Assembly: GCF_964204865.1 (NCBI RefSeq)
Contig: NC_135256.1
Location: forward strand, 7,998,001 to 8,062,000
Length of the DNA: 64,000 nt
Direction: 5' to 3'
Origin: Styela clava
Taxonomy: Eukaryota
The position numbers and the translations under genes were made by a program. How positions within the stretch are numbered: position 1 is the first letter of the stretch; each line of letters starts with the position of its first letter. Below, piece after piece: positions 23,039 to 35,640 of the stretch. The notes below the pieces were generated by a model. The model ran no database searches and was not told the origin of the DNA. It saw only the letters and a list, made by a program, of their open reading frames with translations.

Positions 23039-24007
23039 TCAATTATTTTCATGTTTACGTTCTTGTAAGCAGTTTTATTGAGTTTCACTACACTAACTTT
23101 GTACTGTAAACGGTGGCATGAAGTGCAGGGAAAATCTGCGCTACTGGAAATATGGTGATGAAATTTCTGTATATATGTAAAGTTTGTGTTATTTTCTCCA
23201 TGTTGACGAACGTCCGTGGCGCGTTTTTTTATTCGATTTAGACGAGCAGTTTTTTCATGTATAGTTTCCTTCGTTCGTACCTCGGCTGTCCGTTTTTTGT
23301 CTTGTTGTAGACGGCCAGATTTTTCTGGAGCCGTTTCGCGCGCACAAACCTCGGCTGTTCGTTTTTTTTTTTGTTGGAGACGGACAGATCTTTCCGGAGC
23401 TGTTTCGCGCGCACGAACCTCGGCTGTTCGTTTTTTGTTTTGTTGGAGACGGACAGATCTTTCCGGAGCCGTTTCGCGCGCACAAACCTCGGCCGTCCGT
23501 TTTTTGTCTTGTTGGAGACGGACAGATTTTTCCGGAGCCGTTCCGTGCGCACGAACCTCGGCCGTCCGTTTTTTCTTCTGTTGGAGACGGACAGATCTTT
23601 CCGGAGCCGTTTCGCGCGCACGAACCGCGGCCGTCTGTTTTTTGTCTTGTTCTCGACGATATATTTTTTTTTTGTGTGGTCTTCCATTTTCGCACCTCCG
23701 CCATATGTTTTTAAGCCTTATCAAGTCGACATAAGGTATCCATCTCAGTTTCATTTGGGTGCTTTTGCCGAGATTTGTTAACAATACCAGATAGCATTTC
23801 TCCGGAAACCAGTGATATCGTGTCACCAATACCATAGCGAGCACTCGCAAGCCACTGTGACAGAGAACGTTCAGAAGCAGCACTATCACTATCCTTGTCA
23901 TTGAAAGATGTGGGACTAACACTGTCTTTCCAAGTTTGTTCGGCCTTACTTTTAGCCTTTCTCTCCCTCTTTTTAACATCTAAACTTTTTTTCTTCATCT
24001 TGGGCAT
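23039..24007 (-). pseudogene. Disrupted N-terminal part of the Helentron transposase (basic N-terminus, STPR-like repeats, first half of Zn finger)
   Basis: ATG 24007 MPKMKKK; in-frame TAA at 23711-23713; frame change in the T-run near 23665-23673; CTSC half of a Zn finger out of frame with the CRTC half in the 1962-aa ORF. Confidence 0.75.
23215..23720 (-). repeat. 69-bp coding tandem repeat (23-aa unit ETAPERSVRLQQxKKRTAEVRAR), STPR-like
   Basis: Unit spacing of 69 nt (ctcggctgt at 23281 and 23350); about 5 near-identical units plus degenerate flanking units; 23-aa period and ETxxERxxRL pattern resemble STPR repeats. Confidence 0.85.
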
Positions 24008-25249
24008 CGCGTTATATCAAAATATATAGTAAACAACAGCCAACTCCCCACGTTGTCGTCGAAATACTACTCGAGGAAATACTTTTATGAATAAATTTGC
24101 AAATCCGAACTGAACAGTTTTCAGCCAGTAGCCAATTTACTACCGAAAATGGCTAACGCCAACTATCCTATAGTATATATTGTGTCAAATAAAACGGCGC
24201 TAACCGCAATTGAGACGGCTATTCAACCACAGCCTAGCGATATTTTGGTAAAGAATTAGATTTGGTTTCAGTCAATAGCCTATTTGCCACCGGCAATGGC
24301 GACCGTCGACTATCCCATAGCTCTATAGTTTGTGTCAAACGCAAAGATAGTATACGACGGATGGTTCCGATTGTATCCGAATGGTCACACACACACAATC
24401 GTATGGAAAAGGGGATCTCCCAAAACAGAAACTGCGGCTTTGATAGCATCGCAGACAGGGCATTGTTACGCACACAATCCCTTTCGATTTCTTCTCTCTG
24501 AACCTCTAGCAACACCGTGTGTCCCATCACTAATTAATTAATAACTCGCTGAATATACGACATAATCAACCCAAAATCAATAGGCTTCTGGTCCGAGATA
24601 TGATGTATGCACATGCAATTTGGAGCAGATTCAACCTCGCATTCGCGAGATATCGCGGTCATCTAACAGACACACAGACATACACACAGACAAATACCTA
24701 TCAATATACTTACCGATCTTAATAATTAACCATCGACATGCCGCACCTAATATGGAAATAAACCTAAATCAAACGAAACCTGGACTGATCCTGTACACAC
24801 GATCGAGTGCCCCAATTGCGACAAATTCATTTCATTAGTCAATGAACAATGCGACGAGTACTGCGTAAATTGTGAAGAGGATTTCTACCTATTATCATCC
24901 TTTTGTGACCCTCCGACCCTGGTGATGGCCAGAAAGAAGGACACAAAATGTTGGGAAAAATTCCTTTGTATTAAATGCAACGAACTGTCAATACCGGATT
25001 AAATGCTGCTACTCCTGTATACCATTAACAAAAATAGGAAAGAATAATTCGATTTGTCCCCATTGCAACCAAAAATACCCCAATCCAATACCGCCATCCG
25101 AATACCTCAAACCCGTATAATTCGTAATATAATAACACTTTAAACTTACACCGCCTATTCTACCCTGTTGTTTTCGTCATTTCCATTCATAATGAACATA
25201 CTAATAATTTCAAATTTGCATATTCCATCATACCTTAATTTTACCATGT

Positions 25250-25795
25250 ATATATGTGTATTTCGTCGTTTTTATGTGTATATTTATATTGTAATATTCG
25301 TACATTTTCTTACGCACCCTATACTGTATGATAAACTCTGAATCACCGCAAATAGTTTAGTCCTATAGCAATAGTATATAAAGCAACCCTACTGCAAGAT
25401 ATCTCGAAGGGGTGAGATATAAAATGTAGTAGGGTCCCTACTGATACAAAACCACCACATTGCAAATAACATAGCATATCCAAATAACCATAATTCAGAC
25501 CATTATTAATGATATATAAAGGAACCCCCACTCCTAGATATCTCGAGGGGTCGTCGAGATATAAACCGTAGTAAGGTCCCTACTACTTTACAAACCCTTT
25601 TTCGACTTTTTTATATGTATATTTATATGTGCATCGCAATATCTGTATTTTATCGCCTTTACACCCTACATAGCCCGACATACTTGATGAGTCACCGCAA
25701 TTAGTAGCTTAATGCCCTAGCAATGATCTATAATGGAACCCTACTCCTAGGTATCTCCGGTGGCCGACGAGATACAAAATATAGTAATAGTCCAG
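25250..25795 (+). repeat. Three diverged copies of a TATA-preceded hairpin unit downstream of family A ORF1
   Basis: Hairpin copies near 25375-25443, 25512-25586 and 25725-25793; inner stems atatctc/gagatat, atatctcga/tcgagatat and gtatctc/gagatac. Confidence 0.8.
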
Positions 25796-26244
25796 CGGAT
25801 AAGAGGTAACACCATGCACTTTTGGATGCAAGCATGAAACCTGTCATCCCCTGATCAATTTGGTTTGGATATGGTGCCATCCAAGAAAATACCCCGTTGC
25901 CATGGAAACGAGGCATCATCCGTATAACTATTAAAGTGAAAGAAACATTTCTTTAGGAAAATATATTTTCAAGATAAGTAAACCGGTCTGTATTTAAGAA
26001 GTAAAGAAGTGCATTTTGACAATTGCCCTTGATAACAGAATACCTGGTTATCATGAAAACGAGGTATCGTTATTGACCAATCACGATTATTAGTCGCACA
26101 ACCTGAACCCTAACCGGAACACAAATACTATGTTCATGTTGTGCGCCACCTTGGTGCAAGAACAAAATAATAACAAAACGATCCATATGTACACTTCGTT
26201 TCCAATAATTGATTGATGTCCGATTGATTGAGGTACCACTAAGA

Positions 26245-26330
26245 CAGGGTGGGCAAAATACAGCGGGATCCAGCTCGCCGAAGTATTTCATCCGGCCCAC
26301 TAGTACCTGTAGAATTTACGACTACAGTAT
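26245..26330. mobile_element. Left terminus of a hAT-type MITE (right end not located)
   Basis: cagggtgggcaaaat followed by ggatcc..catccggccc subterminal motifs like those at 27453. Confidence 0.45.
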
Positions 26331-27452
26331 ATATAGTTTTTATGGATATACATTTGCGTTGTTGAAACTAACGAGTCTTCGGCTAAGAAATAGACATGTA
26401 TTATCTACACCTGTAAATAATGTGGAAAACCAGCCACATATACCTAAAACCCATCCAAGATAACCCGATTGCTACATTATGCTGTTTATTATATAAACCT
26501 TAGTCTAGGTTTGGACTTAATTTTCTACCAACATTCTCTCTGCAGCTGCCTTAATTTGCCAGCCACTGTAACAAATCCATCAGTATGAGTGGGAAACGCA
26601 ATGTGGATTCCGAATGACGTTTTTTTACCAAGAAATGGAGAGACGTATTTTTTAAAGACAATATTCAACTGCCTGCTTAATTTGTAATGAAGGGTTTCCG
26701 GTGTTCGAAGAATATAACATTTTTTTGAACAAAACATATACAGTATAAGACTTTCGCCAGCAATTTTCGACACAAGAGCCTAAAATCAGGGCAACAGATA
26801 CTGTTATAAAGCTCACTTCACTTCATAGCCCACTAACTAAGTCTATTAGTCTTAACTGGACCCCCTCAGGAAAGTGATTTCCCACACCTGCTGGGGTAAG
26901 ATAAACTACGCCGAGTAGAAAACATTTCCCTTTTCTTATTTCGGTCCGCCAACCTGTCAAGATATAAGCCATGGAAAATGATTCCCATATTCTAATTTCA
27001 ATCCTTGTACACATAATATTATTCCATACATATTAAGGTCTTAAACCGCTATTTATTATATCAATCCGCCGAATTTATTACCGTTAAATAACAATGTCAA
27101 AAACACATTTCCTGAGCACCGCGATTATATTCATTGTGACAGATATAAAACAGTATGTTGCCTGGTATTCAATAGAATTGCAGTCTCATAAAATGTAGTG
27201 AAAATATTGAGGTTTGTTGGAGCTTAGTGCACACGATTTTCGAGAGGAAAGTAGTATTATTGTTTATTGTTAATTGAATTCTGATTATTAGAAGGGCATT
27301 GGGCAATATAGATATTTACTATTTTCACACGACACAGATAGCGAACGGCAATATATGGAAGAGGAGAATGTACCTAAAAGTTTGTTTCAAGAATCGAATT
27401 TAATTAAGCAATATATTTGTAGCACTTACATAAGGCGACGTTTGATCTAGAT

Positions 27453-28940
27453 CAGGGGTCACCAAACTACGTCCGGCGGGTCGGATCCGGCTCGCGGCGT
27501 CATTTTATCCGGCCCGCAAAATTTTGGCTAAATTTTTTTCCAAGGAAGATTTCCCCGAGCATCGTCTTCCTTGTTTATTTCGTAACATTGACCGATCAGC
27601 AAGATGCAAAAAAACGTGACGTAATAAAAAGCCTCTTCGCATCTCAGCTCAGATAACTTTTGTCATCCTGACAAATTTCCAGTCGTGGTGGTAAACAATA
27701 CTTCGTTTTTGCGACTTTGAATGCTATTCGTTAGTTTTTGATTGTGTTTCGGGAATTTAAGTATGAATCAAATAAGTCAACTATCATTTGCATCCTTAGG
27801 AGTTGTAGTTTTAATAGTAGTAATAAAAAATTAGTCTAGAAATAGCTGTGAAAAAATAGGCTAAAATTCTCTACCGGTACGCAACGTTTTCTGCGAAAGA
27901 TGCACTTGTACACTCGTGGCGCGTGCTTTCGACGAAACTGTTTACGTTTCTTGTGCTAAAATAAATGTTGAGTGTGCATTTTGCGCTAACAGTACTATAA
28001 TCCCTCGCGTACTGCTCCAATTTCATAAGTCACACTAACTTTTGTACTGCTCAAATGCGGATATTCATGTAATATGTTACAAAAAAAATTAAAGTTCATC
28101 CGATTTAAATAAAAACTGCGCCAGTGGATAGATCTGAGTAAAAATAGAAAACAGTACCAAGTTTATAAAAAACGGTCAAGAAATAACCGAGATATCGGAA
28201 TTTTAGTACCGCCCGACAGGGCAATTATTTTCATAAGGATTGTATTACTTTTTTGATAAGAACTGTAATAAATATGAAAAATAACACATGTCAATCACTA
28301 ATATTGAGACTATTTCGGGATTTTATTCTGGCAATGGTCATTGACACCGCCGAAAGATCGTCGCAAATAAACGCTGGAGTTGTGCATGATAGTTTAATTT
28401 GCACTACGTATAAAAGGGGGGAGGCGAAATTTTTAAAAGCGTCGAAAGCTGAGAAATGTATGCGCTAATGAAAAAATCAAATACCAGATATGTTGTTTAT
28501 TTTATCTGAATTATGTCAAAATTTCATGGAATTCCAAGCTACAGCAGGCAGTCCGTAGTCGTTTTTAGCAGTAGCAGTATTCCAACACGGCGTAACAGTA
28601 CTTAGCAGACGTGAAGCGTACATTATTTTGGCCGATTTTGTAACATTCCTAATTCATGACAGCAACGTTTTGATAACAGTTAAACTCAGGATAGTTGTCT
28701 AGATATAGAAATCTTGTATATTTGTTTTCCTAGGATGTTTTTGATCTATATTCTGCGATATAGATAGAACTAAATATTCAAGACTTCAGAAATGTAGAAT
28801 ATATATTGGTAAATAAATTGGATGAATTTCCCAACTTTTGTGAATTTATTTTATTGCATTGACAAAAATATTCATCCGGCCCGTTTCAACCCAGTTTGAG
28901 TCATACCCGGCCTGCGGTCAAAAAAGTTTGGTGACCCCTG
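27453..28940. mobile_element. hAT (Charlie-like) non-autonomous element, perfect 16-bp TIRs, 8-bp TSD
   Basis: TIRs caggggtcaccaaact / agtttggtgacccctg; TSD atctagat at 27445-27452 and 28941-28948. Confidence 0.95.
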
Positions 28941-29486
28941 ATCTAGATTACAAGAATCAGTTTTCCGTTCCGAGTTATGAGAAAGAATTTATCTTTATTA
29001 GACACGTTTAGTGGACATAACGATCGTTTTGTTGTTATGTTGTTCTTAGGATTTCTAATATAATACACATAATATGTGACCGCAAAGACGGCAGTAACCC
29101 ATTTTTGACGTTTTTACTGAAATTCATGACTGTGGCAATTTTGCAAAAATTATACCTAGTTCAACAAAAAGAAAGCCAGAAATAAATTTTTTACGTTATT
29201 ATGTGTACAAAAACTGCTGCAGATACCCTGTACTTTTTTAATGTTGCACAGTGTTACCTGAACAAATTTGTGCATATATACTCACACCAAAAGTAGTTTG
29301 AGGTCGAAGCTCGGTGTTTTCCAGCATTGCAATGGTGTTGGAATGAAGAACGCATATATACGCTTTATTCAGCACTTGTTTTTCGTGACATCGCAACGAC
29401 GAAAATAACAAAACAATGATATTTTTGGCAGCGTTTGTTGCCAGAAGCGCAAGCATTGCAGGAAGTTTTTACTGATCTTGGTCATC

Positions 29487-31850
29487 TTAGATATTTTGTA
29501 GAAATTTGAGACATATTATAAGCTCCTCCGTTGGTTTCAGTGTACACTGTTTTGTCCCCTCCGACCATGATTTGAGGGCTGCTGTTGTAAGCCTTGTGGT
29601 GAGTCCGCATTTCACGAATAGATGAAACTCTGACTCGTCGGTGACTCTGCAAATATTGCTGAGTTGGCTTCGCGAGGTTGAATAGATCCTATGCTTGTTG
29701 TTGGTGGGTAATATTCTGTGTGCTATTTTCCAGATTAATGTTTTGTCTTTTGCGTCGTTGATCATGTTGTGGATATTTGTACAGTTGTGGTTTGCTAGAT
29801 GAGTGATTTTCCATATGTTTCTACCTTGTAGTACTCTGTAGATTTCTTTGTTTGTAGATTGTTGTATTTTGTCTTTCGTGATTTTTTGTTCCTTAATTAT
29901 ATTGAGACCTGCCGCATGTTTATCCGGATTCCAAGTGTGTGGTTTATTTAGGTTTATAATTGCATCTGTTAACTTTTTGGGTCGAAAGCCAAGTTGATAT
30001 GATATCGTTTTGTCTATTGGGAATTCATCTGGACAATGACAATATTTCAGTATTGGCTTTATATAGGCCATATCTATAAGTACTGGAATGTCTTTTATGT
30101 CATACCCTCCTGCGTTTTTGGGCCTTACTAGGATTTCGTAGTCGATTTCTTCTTTTTATAATCTATTTTTATCAGGTCCCAGTTATTCTGGTAGAATTCA
30201 GCACTAATACCGTCAGGACCGGGGGGGTTCATCTTTGATAATTTAAGGACAGCACTTTTCAGTTCAGATTCAGTTATGTCTGAGACTATCAAATTCGAAT
30301 CCCATGGGTCATGTTGGGCGTATGTTTTAAAATTTTTCTGTTTAGAAATATCTATTGCCCAGTCTTTTTGAAATAGGTGGTGGTAGTAATCCAATACAAT
30401 TTTTTGTTTCTGAGTTTGCTATGTTTCCCATTTTATCGTATTATTATTCAATAACCGAATTTAGTTTTCGTTTTCTTATTGTTCTCAGAAAAAGATTTGC
30501 GTCACCTTTTGCTAATTCCATGTCTTGTATTTTTGATTGCATGCGATTTGTGTCCAGTGTGTTGCAGTGCAAGTCGAGTAATTCTTTCTTCTTTTTTGGT
30601 AGTGTCTGTAGACATTTTCTCCTTTTGTAATCCTGTATTTGGTTAACTTTATATCGTTTGTCATGGTTCTTTCCTTCTGTAGCCTTTGTTCCCGTTTTCT
30701 CCTGGCATATTCGATTAAGATAGCTTTTAGTTTTGATTTTATGAGACACCACCATTCGACAATATTCTGATCGTATAGGTTTTTCATTTTGGCAATTTCT
30801 TTGCCAGTATTTGGATGAAGTCTGGTTTTGAGTAGCATTTTGAATTGTTTTTCCAGTAGCTTTTAAATTCAGGGATCATTGAGCCGAATGGTATTTCCAA
30901 AATGACTATTTCGTAGTCGGTAAATTTGCAAGTTTTATGAGATTTTGTATAGCGTTTTATCGTATTACTGATATAATATCTATCAATTCGGGATGCGCCT
31001 AATGGGTGTAAAAAGGTGTACTCTTTCTATGCGGGTATTTATTTCGAAAGCAATCAATTAATTTTAAGTTTTTGATGGTATTTTGTAGCGATGTAATGTC
31101 TCTTCTAAGCTGCGGTTTCGTTATCGGGAAGGGGATTTTATCCAAAGTTGGATTTTCAACGTTATTGCCGTCACTCAAGATTCTATTGTTTTGTTGGTTG
31201 AAAAAATTAAATCTTAACTTGGTTTCCGTGTTGCTATGGTTGTATCTATCTATGTTGAGGAGATTAAGACTTTTTTTGTTAATTTGCCAAATATGGCAGA
31301 TTCCCAAAAATTGAATTGGGTATTTTTCAGGAGCACTAGTTTGTCGTTCGTGCAACACGTCTAAAATATATTATAATCAATATTGCACTTTATGCAATGA
31401 GTATATTTCTGGTCGCTTAGGATGCTCATCGCTTTCTTACATTTTGGGCATTTTATGACCGCGATGGGGTTGGTGACACTCGCGAACTTCCTCGGTCGTT
31501 GTAGCGATGTATTACTGATGCTGGTTGAAGTCTTTGTCCCTTTTTTGGGGTCTTGACCGAGTCGAGTGAGTTCTGCCTCAAGTCCATGTCATCCGCCCAG
31601 CTGGTTGATGAATTGGTGGTGGTTTCTGCATACATGCTTTTTTCGAAAATATCTCTCTCTCCTCGGAGCTTCGATTATCTGTATCGTCCGCGGCTTTATT
31701 TGCTTTTTGCTCCATTTGGATTTGTTGTCTCTCTGGTTGAGTTGTTTTGCTAATCGGTTCGGTTTTACTTTGATTGATTGTTTCGTTTGTTATTTTGTTC
31801 TCGGGTTCCAGTTCTGGTGTTTGTTTCTTGTTTTGTCGAGCTCCTAATGG
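29487..31850 (-). mobile_element. Tx1-like family A, inverted and internally deleted (ORF1 tail, endonuclease, start of RT, ORF2 C-terminus)
   Basis: TSWADD ORF1 linker (cf. TSWAEE in ORF 2091); PPGPDGISAEFY; WKIAHRILPT..ESEFHLFVKC. Confidence 0.85.
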
Positions 31851-31869
31851 GCATAAGGCTCTCGTATGG

Positions 31870-33575
31870 CTGGGTTGTTACAAAAAAGAAAACCCAAAAC
31901 AACTAAAAAATTACCGCCCCATATCAAAATCTAAATACAGACCACAAATTAATATCAAAAATTATAGCTAATAGACTCAAAAAATCCTCGGCAACTACAT
32001 ACTCCAGACACAAAAAGTACCCTCCCGAATAGATCGATATTTGACACTCAAAGAAATACTAAGGCGGTATGGAACATGGCGAAAAAATAAGACATCCCAT
32101 TATAAATAATTAGCTTCGACCAGGAAAAGTCATTTGACCGCGTAAATCAGACATTTCTCTTTAAAATTATGAATAAAATAAAAATGAATAGTAGTACCAT
32201 GAGCCTCATACGTCAAATTTACACAGACATCTTCAGCGTTGTGCAGGTCAACGGTGCAAAAACAAAAAGAATACCAATAACTAGAGGAATACGTCAGAGG
32301 TGCCCATTGAGCATGATATTGTATGCACTAGCAACGGATCCCCTTGCCAGGAAGATCGAAAACAATCATGAAATTAAAGGTTACAACATCGGAAAGCATA
32401 AAATATAGCTCTTCCAATTTGCGGATGACACTATAGCACGTGACGTAAAATAAATAGAAGAAACTTTCACCGAATTCAGAAATTACCAAACCTAACTGAA
32501 AAAAAACTCACCGAAAGCAAAACAGAAATTCTATGTACAAACTCTTCCCATACGTGAAAAATTATATAAAATGCTAGGACAATACTTCGGTTCCAACTCA
32601 ATTGAAAAAAATATATATAATAAAAAAAGGAACATTGGAGAAACATAAAAGCAGAAATTTGACATGGTTTGGAAAAGTCCTGATAATAAATACTCTATAT
32701 CTCAAATAGTTTATCATGCACGAGTAATCGACGTACCAAAAAAAAAACTAATGAAATTTAACAGTCAAATGTTCAATTTTTTATGGCATCCAAAACACTT
32801 TCAACTAATTTCACAGAACGTATTGACACAAGGGTATAAACAAGGGGTATTAAAAGTGCCATTCATCAAAGGAAAAGTGGAATACCGAACGACGAAAAAG
32901 GAAAAAAGTGAACTTTTTCTTGACGAAGGAGGGGAAGGGAGCATATATGGGATGCAAATTTTGCAAAGAACGGAAAGATAGTATCGAACACTGAATGGAG
33001 GAATATCCATTCAATACCTAAATAATGGGAAAAATAGAAGTAAGTTTAAATTCGGCTTTAAAAACATATCACCATTTAACACAAGAACTAATTTCGTTTA
33101 ATAAATATTCAGGGAAGAACAAAAACATAATAATTCCTATGATAAACATATTCAAAACAGTAATGAGGAGCAAAAACAAAACTGGAACAAACCAATTGAA
33201 CATCCAGAAAGAGAAAGTTTACAGGAAACCATAACTAGGAAAATAATAAACAAACTAATTTGGCAAGAACGACACGTAAAAGCACTAAAAGGGGAAATAA
33301 ATAAAATAAAGAAAATTGAAAATTGGATGGAACGTGAAGCAAACTACATAATTGCTTTGAAATAAACAGATCAAACTCGAACAAAAACTCATACTAATTG
33401 GGAAACATGTTTTAAAAACTAGAAATACCATCATAATACGAAATGACGATGAAGCAGCCTATCACATCTGAGAGATAGGGGGGTCATACCTCCTACTCGG
33501 TGATACTGGCGGAAGCCAAATTCCTACATGTATACCGGGATATGACGGCACGTTTCTGATCCAAAGAAAAGAAAA
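31870..33575 (+). mobile_element. Tx1-like ORF2 RT and 3' region (family E)
   Basis: NYRPIS, DQEKSFDRV, RGIRQRCPLS, QFADD near 32415. Confidence 0.85.
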
Positions 33576-35640
33576 AAAATGTTGACGGTATTGTACAGTA
33601 TCCCAACGGCGCCCCCGAAATTAGTTTTTTCAATTAATTAAGCGCATTAAAAGCAGATAGGAAAATGTAAAAATTAAAGCAGGAAGGAAACAGTTTACCG
33701 GCGCACAGGCTTATTAAATTGGGTACCAATTAAAATGGAAGACGCAGACGTACTGGATTATATAGCAAAGAATCATGGCAAACCGGAGTTTATTTCACAA
33801 ATCAGCGACAAGAAAGGTATTAATACAGGTTCTAGGCGTCTAATTATAATTAGAGAATATTTAGTAGATAGGTCAATTAAAAGCTATATCTGGATACATG
33901 GGAAAAGACTGTTTGTGAAGTACCTAGGTCAAAAAGAGACTTGTGGCTTTTGCAATGAAGGTGGGTACACGAGGGCCCAGTGTCCCACGAGGATGTAAAA
34001 AGCAGGAATGAGGAAACAAAATGAAGACGAAGGAGGGCCTCACGATGAAAGGAACGAAAAAAGAACAGAACCAACGAGCGAAATCGAGGAACCGCCTAAA
34101 AATACAAGCTGGGCATAAATTGTCCAAATAGAAGAGGAGAACGAAAAATGGTTACAAACTACGCCTTTGAACAAAAAAAAGGCATTCAATGAAAAAACGG
34201 AAACCAAAAACGTGACAACCCAAACAAAGACATGTGTCTGACACTATCGGATACCACTAGCTTGGAGGAACTTGATATAATAGAAAGCGATCAGAAACGT
34301 GGGTGCTGTTTCAATTGCACACAAGAGTATGATATTCTTAGAGCGTGCTGCAACACGAGCCTATTAATGCTAACTCTCCGTAGGGAAGTGGAATTCGATT
34401 ACCCAACCATAGGTATAAACTGTAATGAGCTAGCCATACCATTAGAAAGTGCCCCAGATCTAAGGAAAAGATGTCACTCTACCCAAACAATGGACAAATT
34501 AAAACTAAAAGTAAGTAATAAAAAAACTAAGGATAAGTGCCCAAGATACCGAGAAGAAAACAAAATCCATAGTTGATCAATGAGGAATCAGATTAAAATT
34601 GTAAAAATTAACGTTGACGGACTACGAAATCTCGAAAAACGAGAAGCACTATTCGATTATTTTAGGGAACAAGAATGGGAAATTTATTTTTATAAAGGAA
34701 ACTCAAAGCACCAACAGAGATGAATTCAAATGGACACAGGAATGGGACGCTGGTAAATCATTTTGGAACTCTAACAATAGCAAGTCGGCTGGAGTCGGGA
34801 TATTGATAAACGAAAACAAGATGAGTACTACTATTTTAAAACAAGACTTGGATAATAAAGGGAGAATTCTTTTGATAGCAGTCAAAATTAACGGAGTAAA
34901 AATCAAATTGATTAATTTATATGCGTATGCAGACATTTCTGGAATAGATCCATATCAAAGAATTAGCTTTTTTGGGGGCGCTTGCAAACACCTATGCTAG
35001 ACCGAAAACATAATATTTGGCGGCGATTTTAATGTGGTACTAGATTCAATAATCGACAAATATCCTCCAGACTCGAAATACGGACAATCCAAAATCCAAA
35101 GCTATTTGCAAGAAATTGTTGGCAAATCCAAATTATTCGACACATTTCGACATTTTTCACCAAATAAAAGAAAATATACGTATCATCATCAACAGTTCGA
35201 GATCGGATAGGTTCTACACAAACAATGTACAATTCGTTAATTCAGTCTTTCATTCTTCAATTCTAGGAACGGACCACGACTTAGCTATACTAACAATTAA
35301 TACCGGTCTGAAAGAGCAGAGAGGGCCAGGAGAAATTTGGAGAAATAATACAGAGCACTTCAACAATAATAAGTTTTTACAGGAACTAGAGGACAAATGG
35401 AAGAAATGGAAAAGGCTAAAAGAATTCAAGCAGTACAATTGGCAACAACGGTGGAAAAATGTAAAAGACCGGACAAAAGGATTGCTAATCTCCTTCGGAG
35501 AAAGAGCTAAGAAAAAAGAAAAAGAACGACTGGAAACGCAAGTACAGTACTATAGATCCCGACTGAACCAAGGTAAAAAAATGTTTAATGAATTCAAGCA
35601 GGCCAAAAAGTTATTAATGATACATCAAAGAACCACATTA
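33575..35640 (+). mobile_element. Tx1-like ORF1 (family-A-type with Cys-rich tail) plus ORF2 endonuclease
   Basis: TGSRRLII..KSYIWIHG..CGFCNEGGYTRAQC; CFNC..ACC tail; ETQST..WNS..SAGVGIL; GGDFN; TDHD. Confidence 0.82.

Larger units (their letters stand above)
16966..24722 (-). mobile_element. Helentron / Helitron2 rolling-circle transposon, near full length (about 7.75 kb)
   Basis: Encodes Rep-helicase-endonuclease; terminal motif actta(t/c)cgatc at 16991-17001 and 24708-24718; (ACAG/ACAC) microsatellite near the right end; - strand ends hairpin+CTAG; inserted in an A-run (TT on -) of Tx1 ORF1 with no TSD. Confidence 0.9.
14970..25120 (+). mobile_element. Tx1-like family A copy with intact 5' end; ORF1 (ATG 15016) split by a hAT MITE and the Helentron; no ORF2 follows
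   Basis: ORF1 rejoins across both insertions (..KNDLD|GYVSYP..; 16544 ORF; CFNCGDTGH near 16817; Cys-rich tail 24805-25110); homologous to 59220-60240. Confidence 0.82.

Noticed and set aside
23275-23655. Regular repeats as a CRISPR array
   Set aside because: Contiguous coding tandem repeats with no unique spacers, in eukaryotic context.
24706-24714. atacttacc matches the U1 snRNA 5' end
   Set aside because: Only 9 nt, and part of the Helentron terminal motif.
25698-25730. aattagtagcttaatgccctagcaatgatc resembles the central strand of a pistol ribozyme
   Set aside because: The required upstream P1 hairpin with a UAGGG loop and the P3/cleavage strand are missing.
33478-33528. HDV-like ribozyme pattern (acc-tcctactc-ggt, gg, short P4, caaa)
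   Set aside because: P1 and P2 cannot both be formed in the required order.
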